Source: Candidatus Sericytochromatia bacterium (lineage in GTDB: Bacteria > Cyanobacteriota > Sericytochromatia > S15B-MN24 > UBA4093). From it: 64,000 nt of DNA. Every line of letters starts with the position of its first letter. The first letter of the stretch is position 1. The position numbers and the translations under genes are program-made. The notes beneath the pieces were generated by a model, which worked only from the letters and a program-made list of their open reading frames with translations, did not search any database and was not told the origin of the DNA. The stretch is from assembly GCA_036676985.1 (NCBI GenBank), contig JAKFBU010000041.1, forward strand, positions 96,001 through 160,000, written 5' to 3'. Below are positions 27,004 to 37,000 of this stretch, piece after piece.

Positions 27004-28080
27004 TTAGTCCCCTTTCGGAGGTTGCTTCGGAGCGAGCCTGGAGGCCTGCACCAGGCGGATGACGCCGTAAACGAGGAAGGCCACGCCGCCCAGGAGGACC
27101 GTGTAGCCGCCCTCGATCTTGGCTAGCGCCAGGCTCGTACCGCCGAGCACCAGGCAGATGCCGTAGATGACGAGCACCGCGCGGCGCTGAGTCAGGCCCG
27201 CGTCCAAGAGGCGGTGGTGCAGGTGGCCGCGATCCGGGCTGAAGATGGGCTTGCGGTTCCACGCCCGGCGCAGGATGGCAAAGGAGGTGTCCAGGATGGG
27301 CACCCCCAGGATTAGGAGCGGCAGCACGAAGGCCACCGCCGCGATGAGCTTGAGGACGCCCATGATGGCGATCGCCGCCAACGTGAAGCCCAGGAACAGC
27401 GCCCCGCCGTCGCCCATGAAGATCTTGGCCGGGTTGAAGTTGTAGCGCAAGAAGCCGATGGTGCTGCCTGCGAGCGCCAGCGCCAACAGGCCCACGATGG
27501 GCTGGTTGGTCTGCAACGCGATGACGCCGATGGTGCCCGCGGCGATGAGGCTCACGCCGCCCGCGAGTCCGTCCAGGCCGTCGATCAGGTTGATGGTGTT
27601 GGTGATGCCCACCAGCCAGAAGACCGTGATGGCCATGGGCACGATGCCCGGCAAGAAGGTGAGCCCGCCCGTCCAGGGGTTGGACACGAAGTCGATGCGC
27701 ACCCCGTAGTAGTAGGCGGCGAGCGCGGCGAGGATCTGCAGGCCGAACTTGAGCTTGGCGGGCAGGGGCTTGAGGTCGTCGACGATGCCCACGAGGAACA
27801 TCAGAGCGCCGCCGATGAGCACGCCCTTGAGCGGTCCCTCGAGGGCGAAGAGCTCGCCCGGCACCAGGAGCTCCAGCACCGTGAGCCCCACCAGGAAGCC
27901 CAGGAAGATGGCCACGCCGCCCAGACGCGGGATGGGGACGGTGTGGACCTTGCGCGCGTCCGGGGTGTCCACCTTGCCGATCTTGTAGGCCAGGCGCACG
28001 ACCCACGGGATGAGGATGTCCGTGGCGAGCCACGACCCCATCAGGGAGACGGCGACGATGAGGAACCAGTAGTCCGTCAC
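27004..28080 (-). CDS. wecA: Undecaprenyl-phosphate GlcNAc-1-phosphate transferase (WecA/TagO, MraY family)
   Basis: RKVHTVPIPRLGG, NLIDGLDGLA, FNPAKIFMGDGG, DRGHLHHRL. Confidence 0.93.
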   Translation of the reverse strand: MTDYWFLIVAVSLMGSWLATDILIPWVVRLAYKIGKVDTPDARKVHTVPIPRLGGVAIFLGFLVGLTVLELLVPGELFALEGPLKGVLIGGALMFLVGIVDDLKPLPAKLKFGLQILAALAAYYYGVRIDFVSNPWTGGLTFLPGIVPMAITVFWLVGITNTINLIDGLDGLAGGVSLIAAGTIGVIALQTNQPIVGLLALALAGSTIGFLRYNFNPAKIFMGDGGALFLGFTLAAIAIMGVLKLIAAVAFVLPLLILGVPILDTSFAILRRAWNRKPIFSPDRGHLHHRLLDAGLTQRRAVLVIYGICLVLGGTSLALAKIEGGYTVLLGGVAFLVYGVIRLVQASRLAPKQPPKGD

Positions 28081-28083
28081 GGC

Positions 28084-29352
28084 TTAGTGCGCGCTACCGA
28101 CGGGCGCTTCGGCGTAGAGCGGGAACTCGCGGCACAGGGTGGCCACCGTCCGCTCGACCTGGGTGCGCACCACCGGCGACTCGGGGGCCCGGAGGATGCT
28201 CGCGATCGCCTCGGCGATCTGGTCCATCTGGGCCTCCTGCATGCCGCGCGTGGTGACCGCCGGCGTGCCGATCCGAACGCCCGAGGTGACAAAGGGGCTC
28301 TCGGGGTCGAAGGGGATGGTGTTCTTGTTGACGGTGATGCCCACCTCGTCCAGGGTAGCGCTCGCCACCTTGCCCGTGAGGCCGACGCTGCGGACGTCGA
28401 GGCTGAAGAGGTGGTTGTCCGTGCCGCCCGAGACGATCCGCAGGCCTTCCTTGGCGAGCTGCGAGCTCAGGCGCTTGGCATTGGCCACCACCTGCGTCTG
28501 GTAGGTCGTGAAGCTCGGGTCCAGGGCCTCCTTGAAGGAGACGGCCTTGGCCGCGATGACGTGCATGAGGGGGCCGCCCTGGATGCCGGGGAACACGGCC
28601 TTGTCCACCTGCTTGGCCCACTCCTCGGTCGTGAGGATCATGCCGCCGCGCGGGCCGCGCAGGGTCTTGTGGGTGGTGGTGGTGACGAAGTGCGCGTGCG
28701 GCACCGGGTTGGGGTGCAGGCCGGCGGCGACCAGGCCCGCGATGTGGGCCATGTCGACCATCAGGAGGGCGCCGACGGAGTCGGCGATCGCCCGGAAGCG
28801 CTCGAAGTCGAGGATCCGCGAGTAGGCGGACGCCCCGGCGATGATCAGCTTGGGCTTGTGCTCCTTGGCGAGGCGCTCGACCTCGTCGTAGTCGAGACGC
28901 TCGGTCTCCTTGTCCACGCCGTAGGGCACGATGTTGTAGTAGAGGCCCGAGAAGTTGACGGGGCTGCCGTGCGTGAGGTGGCCGCCGTGCGAGAGGTTCA
29001 TGCCGAGCACGGTGTCGCCGGGCTTGAGGGCGGCGACGAAGACGGCCATGTTGGCGTTGGCGCCCGAGTGCGGCTGCACGTTGGCGTGCTGGGCCCCGAA
29101 GAGCCGCTTGGCGCGCTCGATGGCGAGGTTCTCCATGCCGTCGACGTACTCGCAGCCACCGTAATAGCGCTTGCCGGGATAGCCCTCGGCGTACTTGTTG
29201 GTGGGCACCGAGCCCATGGCCTCCATCACGGCCTCGGACGTGAAGTTCTCGGAGGCGATGAGCTCCAGGTGGTCGCGCTCGCGGCCGAGCTCCTGATCCA
29301 GGAGACCGGCGATCTCGGGGTCGATGCGGCGCAGGTGCGGGAACTCGTTCAA
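28084..29352 (-). CDS. glyA: Serine hydroxymethyltransferase
   Basis: [44 protein letters not shown]. Confidence 0.98.
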   Translation of the reverse strand: MNEFPHLRRIDPEIAGLLDQELGRERDHLELIASENFTSEAVMEAMGSVPTNKYAEGYPGKRYYGGCEYVDGMENLAIERAKRLFGAQHANVQPHSGANANMAVFVAALKPGDTVLGMNLSHGGHLTHGSPVNFSGLYYNIVPYGVDKETERLDYDEVERLAKEHKPKLIIAGASAYSRILDFERFRAIADSVGALLMVDMAHIAGLVAAGLHPNPVPHAHFVTTTTHKTLRGPRGGMILTTEEWAKQVDKAVFPGIQGGPLMHVIAAKAVSFKEALDPSFTTYQTQVVANAKRLSSQLAKEGLRIVSGGTDNHLFSLDVRSVGLTGKVASATLDEVGITVNKNTIPFDPESPFVTSGVRIGTPAVTTRGMQEAQMDQIAEAIASILRAPESPVVRTQVERTVATLCREFPLYAEAPVGSAH

Positions 29353-29367
29353 GGCTCTCTCCTCAGG

Positions 29368-29808
29368 CTAGCGGGTAGGGACGGACTCGATCTGCTCGAC
29401 GCGGGCCTGGTGGCGACCGCCGGCGAACGGGGTGTCGAGGAAGACGTTCAGGATCTCGCGGGCCATGTCCGGCCCGACCAGGCGGGCGCCCATGCACAGC
29501 ACGTTGGCGTCGTTGTGCTCGCGCGAGAGGCGCGCCGAGACGGGCTCGTTGACGAGTGCTGCGCGCGCTCCGGGGACGCGGTTGGCGGCGATGGAGACGC
29601 CGATGCCGGAGCCGCACACCAGCACGCCGCGCTCGGCCTGGCCGCCCGCGACGGCCTGGGCCACCTGGTGGGCGTAGGTCGGGTAGTCGACCCGCTCGGG
29701 CGAGTGACAGCCCAGGTCCTCGACCTGGTGGCCCGCTTCCTGGAGCCATGTCTTCACGGCTTCCTTGAGGTCGTATCCGGCGTGATCGCTACCGATGGCG
29801 AGGCGCAT
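29368..29808 (-). CDS. rpiB: Ribose 5-phosphate isomerase B
   Basis: GSDHAG, VDYP, CGSGIG, HNDANVL, GGRHQARV. Confidence 0.96.
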   Translation of the reverse strand: MRLAIGSDHAGYDLKEAVKTWLQEAGHQVEDLGCHSPERVDYPTYAHQVAQAVAGGQAERGVLVCGSGIGVSIAANRVPGARAALVNEPVSARLSREHNDANVLCMGARLVGPDMAREILNVFLDTPFAGGRHQARVEQIESVPTR

Positions 29809-30003
29809 GGCTCCCCCTGTGGACGTTCGTTTGCTGAACCACGCCAGTATAACGCGTTTCCCCTCTGGCCGGAAGCCTCGGGACGGCGCGCTCCGGCGCG
29901 CATGGGGACATCGCCCGGCTGCCGAACATTAGAGTCGGCTAGGAATCAGCATACCGGAACCCACCCGGGTATAAGGGACGCACGCCACCTACCAGGAGAC
30001 CCC

Positions 30004-30591
30004 ATGCGACGGCTCGTCCCCGCGACCCTGCTTACGCTTTCGCTGAGCGTACCGGCCTTCGCCGGTCCGGAGCGGACCTACGAGCTGCCCACCGGAACCA
30101 CCCTCGATCGGATTCAGTCGCCCCAGACCCCGCCGCAGGCTCCCGCGAAGGCCCCGGAGCTCCGGAATCCATGGCTGGCCGCGGGCCTGACGCTGGGTGC
30201 TCCGCTGTTGGTCTCCGGGCTGTCGTACTACGGGTCCGCAGCCTCCGGCCAGGGCGACCTCTACTCGGTGACACCCGCCATCGCGGTCGCGGGCCCCCTC
30301 TCGCTCATGGCGGGGCACCTCTACACCGGTGCGCTCGCGCGCGGCGGCGCGGTGATGCTCGGAGGCTACGTGGCCGAGGCCCTCGGGGCCGTGATCGCGG
30401 CCCCCGCCATCGCCCTCGCGTCCGGAAAGGAGGGCGAAGGAGCGGGCTTCGCCTTCCTGAGCGGACTCTTCATCGGCCCCTTGATTGCCCTCGGGGTCTA
30501 CGGCGCCGGAGCCGCTCTGGACGCCTACATGACGACCCTAGGACACAACGAGCGCGCGCTGAAGGAAGCCGAGCCGGCGGCTACTCCGTAG
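30004..30591 (+). CDS. Hypothetical membrane protein with signal peptide
   Basis: AGGAG SD; MRRLVPATLLTLSLSVPAFA; several Gly/Ala-rich hydrophobic helices. Confidence 0.7.
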   Translation: MRRLVPATLLTLSLSVPAFAGPERTYELPTGTTLDRIQSPQTPPQAPAKAPELRNPWLAAGLTLGAPLLVSGLSYYGSAASGQGDLYSVTPAIAVAGPLSLMAGHLYTGALARGGAVMLGGYVAEALGAVIAAPAIALASGKEGEGAGFAFLSGLFIGPLIALGVYGAGAALDAYMTTLGHNERALKEAEPAATP

Positions 30592-31456
30592 CCGGAGGGG
30601 CGTCCAGGGTCATGGGGCCGAGCGCCCCGGTGCGCAGGTCCGCCAGGAAGTTGCGGGCGACCCGCTCCGGGTCGATCACGCCGCCCGGCTTGAGGATGCC
30701 GCGCTTCTTGCCGATGACCTCCAGGTCGACCTCGGGGCCGAAGCCCGCAAGCGTCCCCGGTGCTTCCTGCTGGAGCATGCCGAGGGCGAAGCGCGCCACT
30801 TCGGCCGGGTCGTAGGCCTCGGTGCTCACGGCCCCGGTCATGGCGAGCTTGATGGCCACGATGGGGTCCTCGAGCTTGGGCGGGATGATGCCCGGGGTGT
30901 CCATCAACTCCAGGTCCTTGCCGATGCGGATCCAGGACGGAGCCCGGGTCACGCCGGGCTTGTCGCCGGTCTTGGCCTTGCCCGAGCGGGTCAGGCGGTT
31001 GATGAGGGAGCTCTTGCCGACGTTGGGCAGGCCCACGACCATGACGCGCGCCGGGCGGGGCAGGCGGCCACGGGCCTTCATCTTGGCCTGCACGTCCGCG
31101 TTGAGGCGCGCGATCTCCTGCTTGAGGCCCGAGATGCCCTCGCCCGAGTGGGCGTTGAGGGAGACGACGCGCAGGCCCTGGGAGCGCCAGCGCTGGACCC
31201 AGTAACGGGTACGCTCCGGGTCCGCGAGGTCCGACTTGGTCAGGACGACGATGACGGGCTTGTGCTGGAAGAGCTCCGAGGTCTGGCCGAAGCGGCTGCT
31301 CTCGGGGATGCGCGCATCCACGAGCTCGAGCACGAAGTCGATGATCTTCAGGCGCTCCTTGAGCTCGCGCAGGGCCTTGCCGATGTGCCCGGGGAACCAC
31401 TGGATGACGGGATAGGGGGATGAGGGCTTCTCTTCGGCCTCGTCGTGCTGGGACAT
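30581..31456 (-). CDS. rbgA: Ribosome biogenesis GTPase RbgA/YlqF
   Basis: IQWFPGH, DARIP, GLPNVGKSSLIN, KPGVTR, DTPGI. Confidence 0.96.
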   Translation of the reverse strand: MSQHDEAEEKPSSPYPVIQWFPGHIGKALRELKERLKIIDFVLELVDARIPESSRFGQTSELFQHKPVIVVLTKSDLADPERTRYWVQRWRSQGLRVVSLNAHSGEGISGLKQEIARLNADVQAKMKARGRLPRPARVMVVGLPNVGKSSLINRLTRSGKAKTGDKPGVTRAPSWIRIGKDLELMDTPGIIPPKLEDPIVAIKLAMTGAVSTEAYDPAEVARFALGMLQQEAPGTLAGFGPEVDLEVIGKKRGILKPGGVIDPERVARNFLADLRTGALGPMTLDAPPATE

Positions 31457-31529
31457 GGGGGTCCTTCTTGGCGGTTTATAAGCTTGCGATTGTGGGCTTG
31501 GCGTGTTCGAAGACAGTCTAAAGCAAACG

Positions 31530-31553
31530 AGCCCCGGATAGCTCCGGGGCTCG
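31530..31553 (-). terminator. Intrinsic terminator after rplS
   Basis: GAGCCCCGGA-n4-TCCGGGGCTC followed by GTTT on the minus strand. Confidence 0.7.
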
Positions 31554-31567
31554 AAAGCAGTAGCAGC

Positions 31568-31942
31568 CTACTTGGCGTTGCGGGCCTTCTCCTTGATGCG
31601 AGCCGCCTTGCCCTGCAGACCACGGAGGTAGTACAGCTTGGCGCGACGGACGTCACCGCGGCGCAGGACCTCGAAGCGGTCCACGCGGGGCGAGTGGAGG
31701 AGGAAGGTGCGCTCGACGCCGACGCCCTGGAAGATACGGCGGACCGAGATGGTCTCGTTGATGCCGGACCCACGGCGCTTGATCACGACGCCTTCGTAGG
31801 CCTGGATGCGCTCTTTGCCGCCCTCAACGATCTTGGCATAAACCTTGACGGTGTCGCCAGGGTTGATAGGCGGCAACGACTCCTTGAGCTGGGCTTTCTC
31901 GATCTGGTTGATGACGTCGCGCGCAATCAGGCGGGTGCTCAT
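31568..31942 (-). CDS. rplS: 50S ribosomal protein L19
   Basis: PGDTVKV...[15 protein letters not shown]...GVGVERTF...[12 protein letters not shown]. Confidence 0.98.
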   Translation of the reverse strand: MSTRLIARDVINQIEKAQLKESLPPINPGDTVKVYAKIVEGGKERIQAYEGVVIKRRGSGINETISVRRIFQGVGVERTFLLHSPRVDRFEVLRRGDVRRAKLYYLRGLQGKAARIKEKARNAK

Positions 31943-32030
31943 TGAAAACTCCTATTAGACGGCTTCCGTTTGTATGGAAAGCGAAGCCGGCTCACAGCCA
32001 GCTAGTGGCAAACAGCAACAGCGATCCGAG

Positions 32031-32059
32031 ATGTTATCACAGTCAAAACGAAGATGCAA
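32031..32059 (-). promoter_or_regulatory. Putative sigma70 promoter of rplS
   Basis: TTGCAT-17nt-TAACAT on the minus strand. Confidence 0.55.
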
Positions 32060-32072
32060 CCGACATTTAACC

Positions 32073-33092
32073 CTAGGCCTCGGCCGGCTGCTCGATCAGC
32101 AAGGGCAGATCCGGATCCGGCGCCCGGCTGATGAGCTCGAAGGCGCACGATTCGGCGGCCGTGAGCTCCCGTTCGAGCGCCCACTTGCCTCGCTCCTTGG
32201 CGTAGATTCTCAGCGTCATGTCGGCGATCTTGGTGTGATAGCCGTAGATCAGCTCACCGTCCGGATCCTGGCTGACCATGCCGACCATGCGGTTGAAGGC
32301 GGCCTCGATGGTCCCCTCGAACTTGCGATCGCGGCACGTCACCTCGAAGAACCAGCCGCCCGTGTCGTAGCGGCTGCGGGTGGTGAGCATCTGGTAGACG
32401 CCGTTGGCGACGTAGTCCTCGCCGTCCACACGGAAGCGGAAGACCGACAGGACGGGCTCCAAGGGACCGACCTTGGCCGGCTGGTCCACGAAGCCCTCGA
32501 AGAGGACGTCGGCCTCTTCGGAAAAGGTGTTGCAGTGGGCCCACACGCCCCCCAAAGAGGCCTTGGTGCCCCACATGTGCTCCTGGATGGCCGGAGCGTC
32601 CACGAGCTCGACCCGCCGCCGGTTGAGCAGCACCTCGCCGCTGATGCGCAGGTCCGGGTTGGGGGCCAAGATCTTGGTGGGCGGAAAGCCCCCGTCGTAG
32701 AAGGCCTTCATGGGGAAGTGCAGGAACGACTCCTCGCACGGCTCCCAGTTGAGCACCCAGCCGAGGCGCAGGTCATGGTCCTCGATGCGGCCGCGAGCGG
32801 CGCGGTTGGTGAGGACGGAGCGGCCCACCTGGAACGCGAACGGGTCGGAGTCCAGCCGCACCGCGTCGAAGCCGTGCGTCTCGCGGATGGCGATGTGCTT
32901 GCCGCGACCGGCCCCGTTGTAGGCGATCCCCCAGAGCTCGGCAAAGGGGTCGCCCTCGACCGGCGCCATCAAGACGTACCGGATCCAGAGGGCGACCCCT
33001 TGCCTGGGATCGGTGATCTTCAGGACGTAGCTCTCATGCCAGCCAGGCTGGCCTTGCCAACGCGGCAGGTTGTTGGATTCGGAGGCCAACAT
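32073..33092 (-). CDS. Hypothetical protein, possibly tocopherol-cyclase/AttH-like beta fold
   Basis: WHESY, LWIRY, EHMWG...WAHCN pattern in a Trp/aromatic beta-rich sequence; family call uncertain. Confidence 0.55.
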   Translation of the reverse strand: MLASESNNLPRWQGQPGWHESYVLKITDPRQGVALWIRYVLMAPVEGDPFAELWGIAYNGAGRGKHIAIRETHGFDAVRLDSDPFAFQVGRSVLTNRAARGRIEDHDLRLGWVLNWEPCEESFLHFPMKAFYDGGFPPTKILAPNPDLRISGEVLLNRRRVELVDAPAIQEHMWGTKASLGGVWAHCNTFSEEADVLFEGFVDQPAKVGPLEPVLSVFRFRVDGEDYVANGVYQMLTTRSRYDTGGWFFEVTCRDRKFEGTIEAAFNRMVGMVSQDPDGELIYGYHTKIADMTLRIYAKERGKWALERELTAAESCAFELISRAPDPDLPLLIEQPAEA

Positions 33093-33130
33093 GGGACCCT
33101 GCCGTTCTCGTACGTCCGGAGTGCGGGAGC

Positions 33131-33820
33131 TTAGGCGCCGAGGCGGTAGCCGAAGCCGCGCACGGTCTGGATGAACTTCGGATTCGAGGGATCTTCCTCG
33201 ATCTTCTCGCGCAGCCAGCGGATGTGCACGTCGACCGTCTTGGTGTCGCCGTAGAAGTCCAGGCCCCAGACCTGCTCGAGCAGCTCTTCGCGGCTGAACA
33301 CGCGACCGGGCGCGCCCATCAGCATGGCGAGGATCTTGAACTCCTTGGGCGAGAGCTCGACCTGGCGCTCGGCCACCATCACGCGGTGCTCCGAGAGGTT
33401 CATCATCAGGTCGCCGTGCTGGTAGACCTTGGCCTTGGCCTCGGAATCGCTCGGCTTGCTGCGACGCAGGAGCGCCTTGATGCGGGCCACCAGCTCACGC
33501 AGGCTGAAGGGCTTGATGAGGTAATCGTCGGCACCGACCTCGAGGCCGATGACGCGGTCGATCTCCTCACCCTTGGCGGTGAGCATGATGATGGGAATGT
33601 CGTTCTGCTCGCGGCGCAACAGACGGCAGACCTCAAGACCGCTGAGCTTGGGCAGCATGAGGTCCAAGACGATCAGATTCGGCTTGGTCAGCTGGACTTG
33701 TTGGAGGGCTTCTTGTCCATCATGAGCCTTGACGACCTCGTACCCTTCCTGGGCGAGGGCGAACTCGATGGATTCAACGATCATTTCTTCGTCGTCGACA
33801 AGCAGAATCTTCTCGGCCAT
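33131..33820 (-). CDS. OmpR-family response regulator, PhoB/SphR/RegX3-like
   Basis: LLVDDE, LDLMLP, MLTAK, GADDYLIKPF; C-terminal GDTKTVDVHIRWLREKIEEDPSNPKFIQTVRGFGYR. Confidence 0.92.
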   Translation of the reverse strand: MAEKILLVDDEEMIVESIEFALAQEGYEVVKAHDGQEALQQVQLTKPNLIVLDLMLPKLSGLEVCRLLRREQNDIPIIMLTAKGEEIDRVIGLEVGADDYLIKPFSLRELVARIKALLRRSKPSDSEAKAKVYQHGDLMMNLSEHRVMVAERQVELSPKEFKILAMLMGAPGRVFSREELLEQVWGLDFYGDTKTVDVHIRWLREKIEEDPSNPKFIQTVRGFGYRLGA

Positions 33821-34055
33821 AGCGACTCCTTTGCATGCGCGGGTTGGTCCGGGCGAAAACCCTGGTCCGCAGGTATTTTACCCACCCTCCGCGATTTTCT
33901 TAACCTTGATGATAACATCGGGCCTTAACCTTGACAAGAATTCGCTAAAGGGCCTTTAAGAACGCCTCATGTCGAGTGGTCTCCGGGAGCCTGGCGACTT
34001 GGTTTGAGGAGGAGCAAGCCCCCGCCCGATGTTGTGGGCGGAGGCTCTCGGGCGA

Positions 34056-37000
34056 TTAGAATCGGCGCTGGGTCGACAGGGTGATCGACGGGTTGAAATT
34101 CAGGCCTTCGATGGTCGGCTTGGCCTGACCCTTCAGGTCGAGGTTGTCGAGACCCACGTTGAGCGATAGGAACTCGTTGATGCCGTAATTGAAGCTCGCC
34201 TGGTACACGTTCTCCGAGTTCTGGCGGAAAGTGTAGCGTCCCGACAGGCTGACGCTCCCGAGCAAGGGGCGTGTTTGGGTGTAAACGGAGGGATTGAGGC
34301 CGAGCTGCTGGAAAAAGGCGCTGTTCGGATCGCTGCCGGGCAGTGACGCCAGGTCGAACCCCAGGGACTCGAGCTGAAGGAAATCCTGAAGACGCGAGGT
34401 TACGGGCGTGAAGAAGCGTCGACTCGCCGTCGAGAGGAAGCCCGAGACCTCGGTGGCCACGATGGTGTTCCGCTCTTTCTCAGTTTCGGCCTCGAGGATG
34501 CCCGTGACCAGGGAATCCTTGCCCAATAGCCGCTCGATGCGATCCTGCTGGACCGATGCATCGTTGACGGCCTCGAAGCGCCGTTCCATGTTGTCCAGGG
34601 AGCCCGTCAAGGTCATCTTGATGTCGAGGTTCTTCGGCTGACGTTGCCCGTTGACCACGTAGGCATAGTCGTAGACCTGCCCCTTGGCCACTATGTTGAG
34701 GCGGGCGTTGGGCAGGGTCGACGTCTTGACCTGGGCAACCTGAGGCAGCAGATCTTCGAACTCGGCGTCGGGTGTGTTGGCGACACCGGGCCCCAGGAAC
34801 TCGATGTTACCGGACACGACGTCAAACGGCGTGTTGAGTGGGTTGATGTTACCGTTTGATGTCCGGATGGTGCCTCGAACCTGCGGATTGGATAGTGGAC
34901 CATTGACGTTCAGGCTGCCATCAATGCCCATATCGAAGATGCGCGCGTCCGCAAGCACCACGACGGGCTGACGGGGGCCCAGTACCGTAACGCCCTGGTG
35001 CACCCGCAAGGTCAAGTCCTTGAGCTCAATGGGCACGTCCGAGGCAGCGGCCGACGAGGCGGCGCCCTCTTCGGGCGTCAACGCGGCCAGGTCCACGACG
35101 CCGCGGCTTACGGCGACGGTGCCACCGACCACCGGACGCGGCAGGGTGCCCGTGATGTCCAAGGAGGCCTCGACCATGCCCTTGTAGAGGCCGTTGGTCA
35201 GCGCGAAGTCCACCTGACGCGCCAGGACCTGGAGGCGCAGGCGATCTAGCTGGAAGCGCTTGAGCTTGATCTGGCCGCTCGCCGTGATGGTGCCGCCCCC
35301 GTAGTTACCGGCGGCGCGCTGGATGGTGACGGCGTCGGTGGTGATGGTGGCGTAGGCCCGGATGTTGGTGATGTCCTCGGTCAGGTTGCGATCGCGAATC
35401 GCCACCCCCTGCAGGTCCACCACGCCGGACAGCTCGGGATCCTCCAGGGTGCCGCCCAGCTTCAGGGTGGCCGTGCCCGGCCCGCCCTTCCACTGGATCT
35501 CGCCGCGGGTGAAGGCTGTGACGATGCCGAGGCTGTCTCCTTCGAGGGCCAGGGACACGTCCAGCTCGTCGTTGGCGATACCCGGCAGCACCGGGAAGCT
35601 CCCCAGGATGCGCGCATCCTTGCCGTCCTTGACGACCCGGGCGTTGTCCAGCGTGACCCGGCCCTGGTAGTAAGTCGCCTTGACCTCGCCCTGCTCGTAG
35701 GTGAAGCGCTCCTCGGAGTCCGGCTTGGCGCCGGGCGGCGCGATGGAGCCCTGATAGACCTCGGCCGAGATCTCGAGTCGGGGATCGCTCGGATCCCCCT
35801 TGGCGAGGAGCGTGAAGCCGCCGGTGCCCGACAGCTCCAGATCCTGGGCCTGCAGCCAGGGGTTCGCCCAGGCTAGGTCCAGGTTCTGACCGTAGATGCC
35901 GAGCACGCCGTCCGGTCCCAGCATGCCGCGCGCCTGCAGCGCTGCGCCCGTGCCGCCCTCCTCGATCACATCGAAGACGGGCACGTAGAGGCGATCGTTG
36001 CGGTAGACCGCCGTCAGGTGCGCGCTGCGCAAGGGGTGCCCGTAGGCCACGGCCTCCTTGAGGCTCGACTTCACCCGAACCTCGGGCTTGCTCACGAGCC
36101 CCTGGTAGGCGACCTCGAGCGTCAGCTTGCCGTCGACGGACTGCCAGAAGGGATCCTTGGCCTGCAGATACGCCTGGTTGGTCTTGAGGGGCTCGAGGCT
36201 GTTGCGGTCCCAGTGCGCGAGCAGCTTGCCCAGGTTGACGTCGCCGCGCTCGTCCACCACCGGCTCGCGCTCGAAGGAGGCCACCGTCGTCTGGGGGCCC
36301 TCCGTCTCCTTGACGCCGAGGCGGCGGCCGATCCAGGTGCCCTGCAGGAGGCGCTGCCAGTGGACGGCGGACAGGGCATCCCGCGCGGGGACGTCCTGCA
36401 TGGAGAATTCCAGGTCGAAGGCGGGCTCCGGCCGATCGAAGGCGATGGAGCCGCGCAGCTGCGCCGGGCTGCGGTTGGCGAGCAAGAGGGACAGGTCCCC
36501 GAGCGTGATGCGCTCGTGGCCGAAGTAGACGGGCCCCGCGACGCGCGTCACCCGTCCGAAGCGCTCCGCGTCGATGCCGGCGCCCACCGTGTCCGCCTGG
36601 GCGCGCCAGGCCTGCCCGTCCGACTGCACGCTGCCGGTGGCGGAAACCGTCCCGCGCAGGCTGCCGACGTCGGCGACGAGCAGCTCCTGCAAGGGCTCGA
36701 TCTGACCGAGCTCCACGCCGTTGGCGGCGAAGTCGGCCTTCAGGACGGGCAGCTTCGACTGGCCGAACAGGGCGACGGTCGCATGCCCCTTGACCGAGCC
36801 GCCCGCGCCCTGCGCCAGGACGTCCGAGAGGCGCAGCTCGCGGTCCGAGATAGCCCAGTCCGCCGAGGCCCGGCTGACGGGCTGACCGTAGAGCACACCC
36901 GACTCGACATGGGCCTGACCGCGGGCCCGGATAGCCTCCATGCGGGTGAAATCGCCAGCGTAGGAGCCCGTCGCCGTCGCCCGGCCGGCCACGTCGACGT

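Noticed and set aside
27943-30003. N-terminal 690 aa of the 882-aa plus-strand ORF
   Set aside because: Antisense to glyA and rpiB; only the part from ATG 30004 has an SD and a signal peptide.
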